Of a stretch of DNA of 64,000 nucleotides, positions 62,774 through 64,000 are shown one piece after another. The notes under the pieces were generated by a model, which saw only the letters and a list, made by a program, of their open reading frames with translations, was not told the DNA's origin and made no database searches. Position numbers and translations under genes: made by a program. Position 1 is the stretch's first letter. Every line of letters starts with the position of its first letter. The stretch is from Ylistrum balloti (Eukaryota), in contig NW_026782782.1 in assembly GCF_031769215.1 (NCBI RefSeq), positions 124,001-188,000 of the forward strand, written 5' to 3'.

Positions 62774-64000
62774 CTGGAACGATAACAATAAATATAGCCA
62801 TATATAGATAGGATTATATGGAAACACATTCTCATCAACGTTGTTCTTGATATTTGTACTTCTTAGAAGGAATTTAGTCTGTAAATGTCCATTTTCATTT
62901 CTCTCAATGTTTTTAAAACAGAATCAAAATATGTTTTTGGACAAAAAACTTTTTTTTTTAATACACACTGTATTGTGTTATAAAATGGAAAGAACTGAGT
63001 GTTGTTGTTTAGAAAAGAGAACCATACCTTCAGCAACGAAAGTAAAACAGCGCTGGGGACTCGTCATGCTGAAAAGATGTAAACGTGAAAAGTAAAACAG
63101 ATTTTCTATTAAGATGTTGTTGACCATGTAAGGATTCCCGTCCTTATTCTCATCGCGTTTAACTCTCGCGATGATCTAGGCAGATATCCACACATATGAT
63201 TTTTGAAAACTGGATTAAACTTTCATGAATTGAAAGGAAGAACGAAGCAAATAATAAGTTATAATTTGCAAAAGAAACATGCAATATAAAGTACGTAAGC
63301 AATACCAGTTTTTGATGCCAGGATTTTATACAATGTCATTCATACCCGTCGCATTCAAATGTCATCACCCCAGTTCAATCTTCTAAGGGATTATTCTCAA
63401 AATTTGTACAAAAGTTACCCGATTACAATACCCTGGCTAAAAAGATGTTTCTGGACCCACGATAAAGGCCAAGGTCACTGTTGTCATTTATAGAAATGTG
63501 GGAACAGGGATAATCACGTCTACAGACATGTTCTAGTTTCCAATCAGTTACTGTAAGATTGACATACATTAGCTGTTGTATGTTAAATAACGAATTTTTA
63601 TGATGATAAAAACTGTTTCATTTTCCCAACCGTTATCCTTACTGTGTAAGACAATAACTCATTATTTATGCAGATAAACTTAAAATCAACTGCACCTCAA
63701 ATTTTTAGCATGTTGGTGTTGGTATATATTTTGAATATTAAAATAAATGTTTTTGTAGCTTATTGTAAACTTACTTTCAAAATATCGTATATTGTGAAGA
63801 TAAGACTGTACAAAACACACGCGAGTAAATAACACCTTTAAATACAAATGTAAGTTCACTAGAGTTGAGCCAAACAATGAAATAAACTGCATCATACAAC
63901 TATTTCGTCTATTTAGGACTCGTCAGAGATGCTAAAGACATTAATTCTTGGAGTTTGAAGGTCACTGAGTAAACTGGTCAAAATAAATGTGAAGAAGCAC

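Overview
AT-rich eukaryotic genomic DNA with spliceosomal GT-AG introns. The repeat landscape suggests a bivalve mollusc (inference). Four multi-exon genes are recognisable: DHX57 (minus strand, runs off the left edge), head-to-head with TTL (plus), a DHRS7-like SDR (plus), and the 3' part of a Notch-type EGF-repeat single-pass membrane protein (minus, starts beyond the right edge). TTL intron 4 (15857-34714, 18.9 kb) hosts three antisense copies of a compact module. Each module is an intact two-exon 131-aa orphan helical gene, a CCAAT/CCAAT/TATA promoter, and an upstream array of 76-bp repeats whose units carry a TCF/LEF-type (CCTTTGATCT) or overlapping nuclear-receptor DR1 motif. A second pattern: two large DHX57 intronic minisatellites are tandem amplifications of the adjacent exon end plus 5' splice site, with smaller junction echoes in TTL and DHRS7. 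The rest is decayed TEs (Tc1, SINEs, LINE fragments, HINE-like repeats), 24-bp and 41-bp satellites, and a visible switch from CpG-depleted to CpG-retaining DNA near 41-42 kb. Exon coordinates were read by hand; no database searches were run.
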